From Podarcis melisellensis (taxonomy: Eukaryota), in assembly GCA_964234715.1 (NCBI GenBank), contig OZ174288.1: a stretch of DNA of 64,000 nt, one strand, 5' to 3'. The notes under the pieces are model-generated. The model did no database searches and was not told the origin of the DNA. It was given only the letters and a program-made list of their open reading frames with translations. This document shows positions 62,605 through 64,000 of the stretch, in pieces (position 1 is the stretch's first letter; each line of letters starts with the position of its first letter). The position numbers and the translations under genes were made by a program.

Positions 62605-62666
62605 ACTTTCTTCTAATCTGTCATTCAGTTTCTTCTGTGCAATAGAAATCTCTATGAGAACATGCC
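62605..62666 (-). CDS. BAIAP2L1: BAIAP2L1 exon (IMD); upstream exons lie beyond the window
   Basis: GHVLIEISIAQKKLNDRLEES; 62 nt. Confidence 0.94.
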
Positions 62667-63449
62667 CTGTTGACAAACACAATTAATTAATTTTTATACT
62701 GTTCTTCATCATTTGTGATCCCTATGTTACCAACGTGGCTACTTATAGATTAAAGCATGGTATGACAAATTAAACCAGATAAAACTGAATCAAATCACAT
62801 CAAAACATACAACAGATGGTGATTCCTCAATTACAGTTGGCCAAAACAAACCAGCCACCCCCAAAATACCAGGTGAAGAGGTAGGTGTTCAGCTGAAGTG
62901 GACTCAGTGGAGTATTGGCAACCAGTGCTTGTAAAGTCAGTATTACAATATTTCAATTAACTGCTCTACTCAACATTGGTGGCAGTGTTCTGTACTTGTT
63001 GCAGCTTCTGTTACATCTTCAAAATCAGCCCCATATAGAATGCATTATAATAATCTAATCTAGTGCATGGATAACTTTGGTGAGGCTATCTTGATCCAGA
63101 TATGGTGACAGCTGGAGCAGCAGCCATAGCTGGAAAAGGGTACCTTCTGAGCATCCACTTAGCTGGATCAAGAACTAGCCCAGACTACACACTGCTCCTT
63201 CAAGGGGAGTGCAGTTAACTTTTTTTTCTGTTCTGGTAACTTTTATGATGAAAGACAGTAAATAGAAGCCTTCAACAGTACATAGTATATCTGAATATTC
63301 TTTTTCGAGCCCTTGCCACAAAAAGCAAAACAAATTTTAGAGTCAAATTATACATGGCCAAGGTTACTCACAATTGCTAATTGACATCAATATATTTTAT
63401 AATACTACCTTATAAACATTACATTGCATTTATTTCTTTTATAGAGCTA

Positions 63450-64000
63450 TAAGCTTGGTGGATCAGGGTAATGTTATGGATGTAGTGTATCTTGATTTCA
63501 GTAAGGCTTTTGACAAAGTTCCCTATGATATTCTTACAGAATATCAAATGTGGTTTGAACAAGGTAACTTAGGTGGATTTGCACAGTAGTACCTTGGGTT
63601 ACATACGCTTCAGGTTACATACGCTTCAGGTTACAGACTCTGCTAACCCAGAAATAGTGCTTCAGGTTAAGAACTTTGCTTCAGGATGAGAACAGAAATC
63701 GTGCTCCGGCGGCGCAGCAGCAGGAGGCCCCATTAGCTAAAGTGGTGCTTTAGCTTAAGAACAGTTTCAGGTTAAGTACGGACCTCCGGAACGAATTAAG
63801 TATTTAACCCGAGATACCACTGTAGCTGGTTTTCTGACCAAACCCAAAGAGTGCTCACTAATGGTTGCTCATTATCCTGGAAAAAAGGACAAGTGGGGAG
63901 CTGAAGGATTCTGTCCTGGGCTCATTGTTGTTCATCTTTATAAACAACTTGGATGAAGGAATTGAGGGAATGCTCATCAAATTTGCAGATGACATGAAAC
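63450..64000 (+). mobile_element. CR1 LINE reverse-transcriptase fragment interrupted by a MITE
   Basis: MDVVYLDFSKAFDKVP... and FINNLDEGIEGMLIKFADD motifs. Confidence 0.85.

Overview
Eukaryotic (vertebrate) genomic DNA, almost certainly from a squamate and probably a lacertid lizard: it carries Sauria SINEs with (ACCTTT)n tails, RTE-BovB, L2/CR1, Rex-Babar and tRNA-SINE relics. It holds the conserved TECPR1-BRI3-BAIAP2L1 cluster. TECPR1 is on the minus strand: a CpG-island promoter and non-coding exon near 20.0-20.2 kb, then 14 coding exons from 17419 down to 6; its 3' end lies outside the window. BRI3 is complete on the plus strand, with 3 coding exons (27451-41511, 137 aa). The last 11 coding exons of BAIAP2L1/IRTKS are on the minus strand (62666 down to stop 45843); its 5' exons lie outside the window. 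All exon boundaries were read by hand (GT-AG, phases consistent). Most notable non-standard observations: (1) a TSD-flanked retrocopy in BRI3 intron 1 that joins an L1/Tx1-like 3' end to an inverted copy of U1 snRNA nt 1-33, the geometry expected from trans twin-priming on U1; (2) a CFTR-like (TG)20-T3 acceptor before an in-frame PH-domain exon of TECPR1; (3) a candidate 18-nt microexon and a candidate alternative terminal exon in BAIAP2L1; (4) two related solo LTRs between the divergent TECPR1 and BRI3 promoters, one of them in a three-level nest; (5) hairpin hAT MITEs spreading paired ACTACAnnTCCCA motifs. Protein and repeat-family identities come from recalled sequences, not from a database search.
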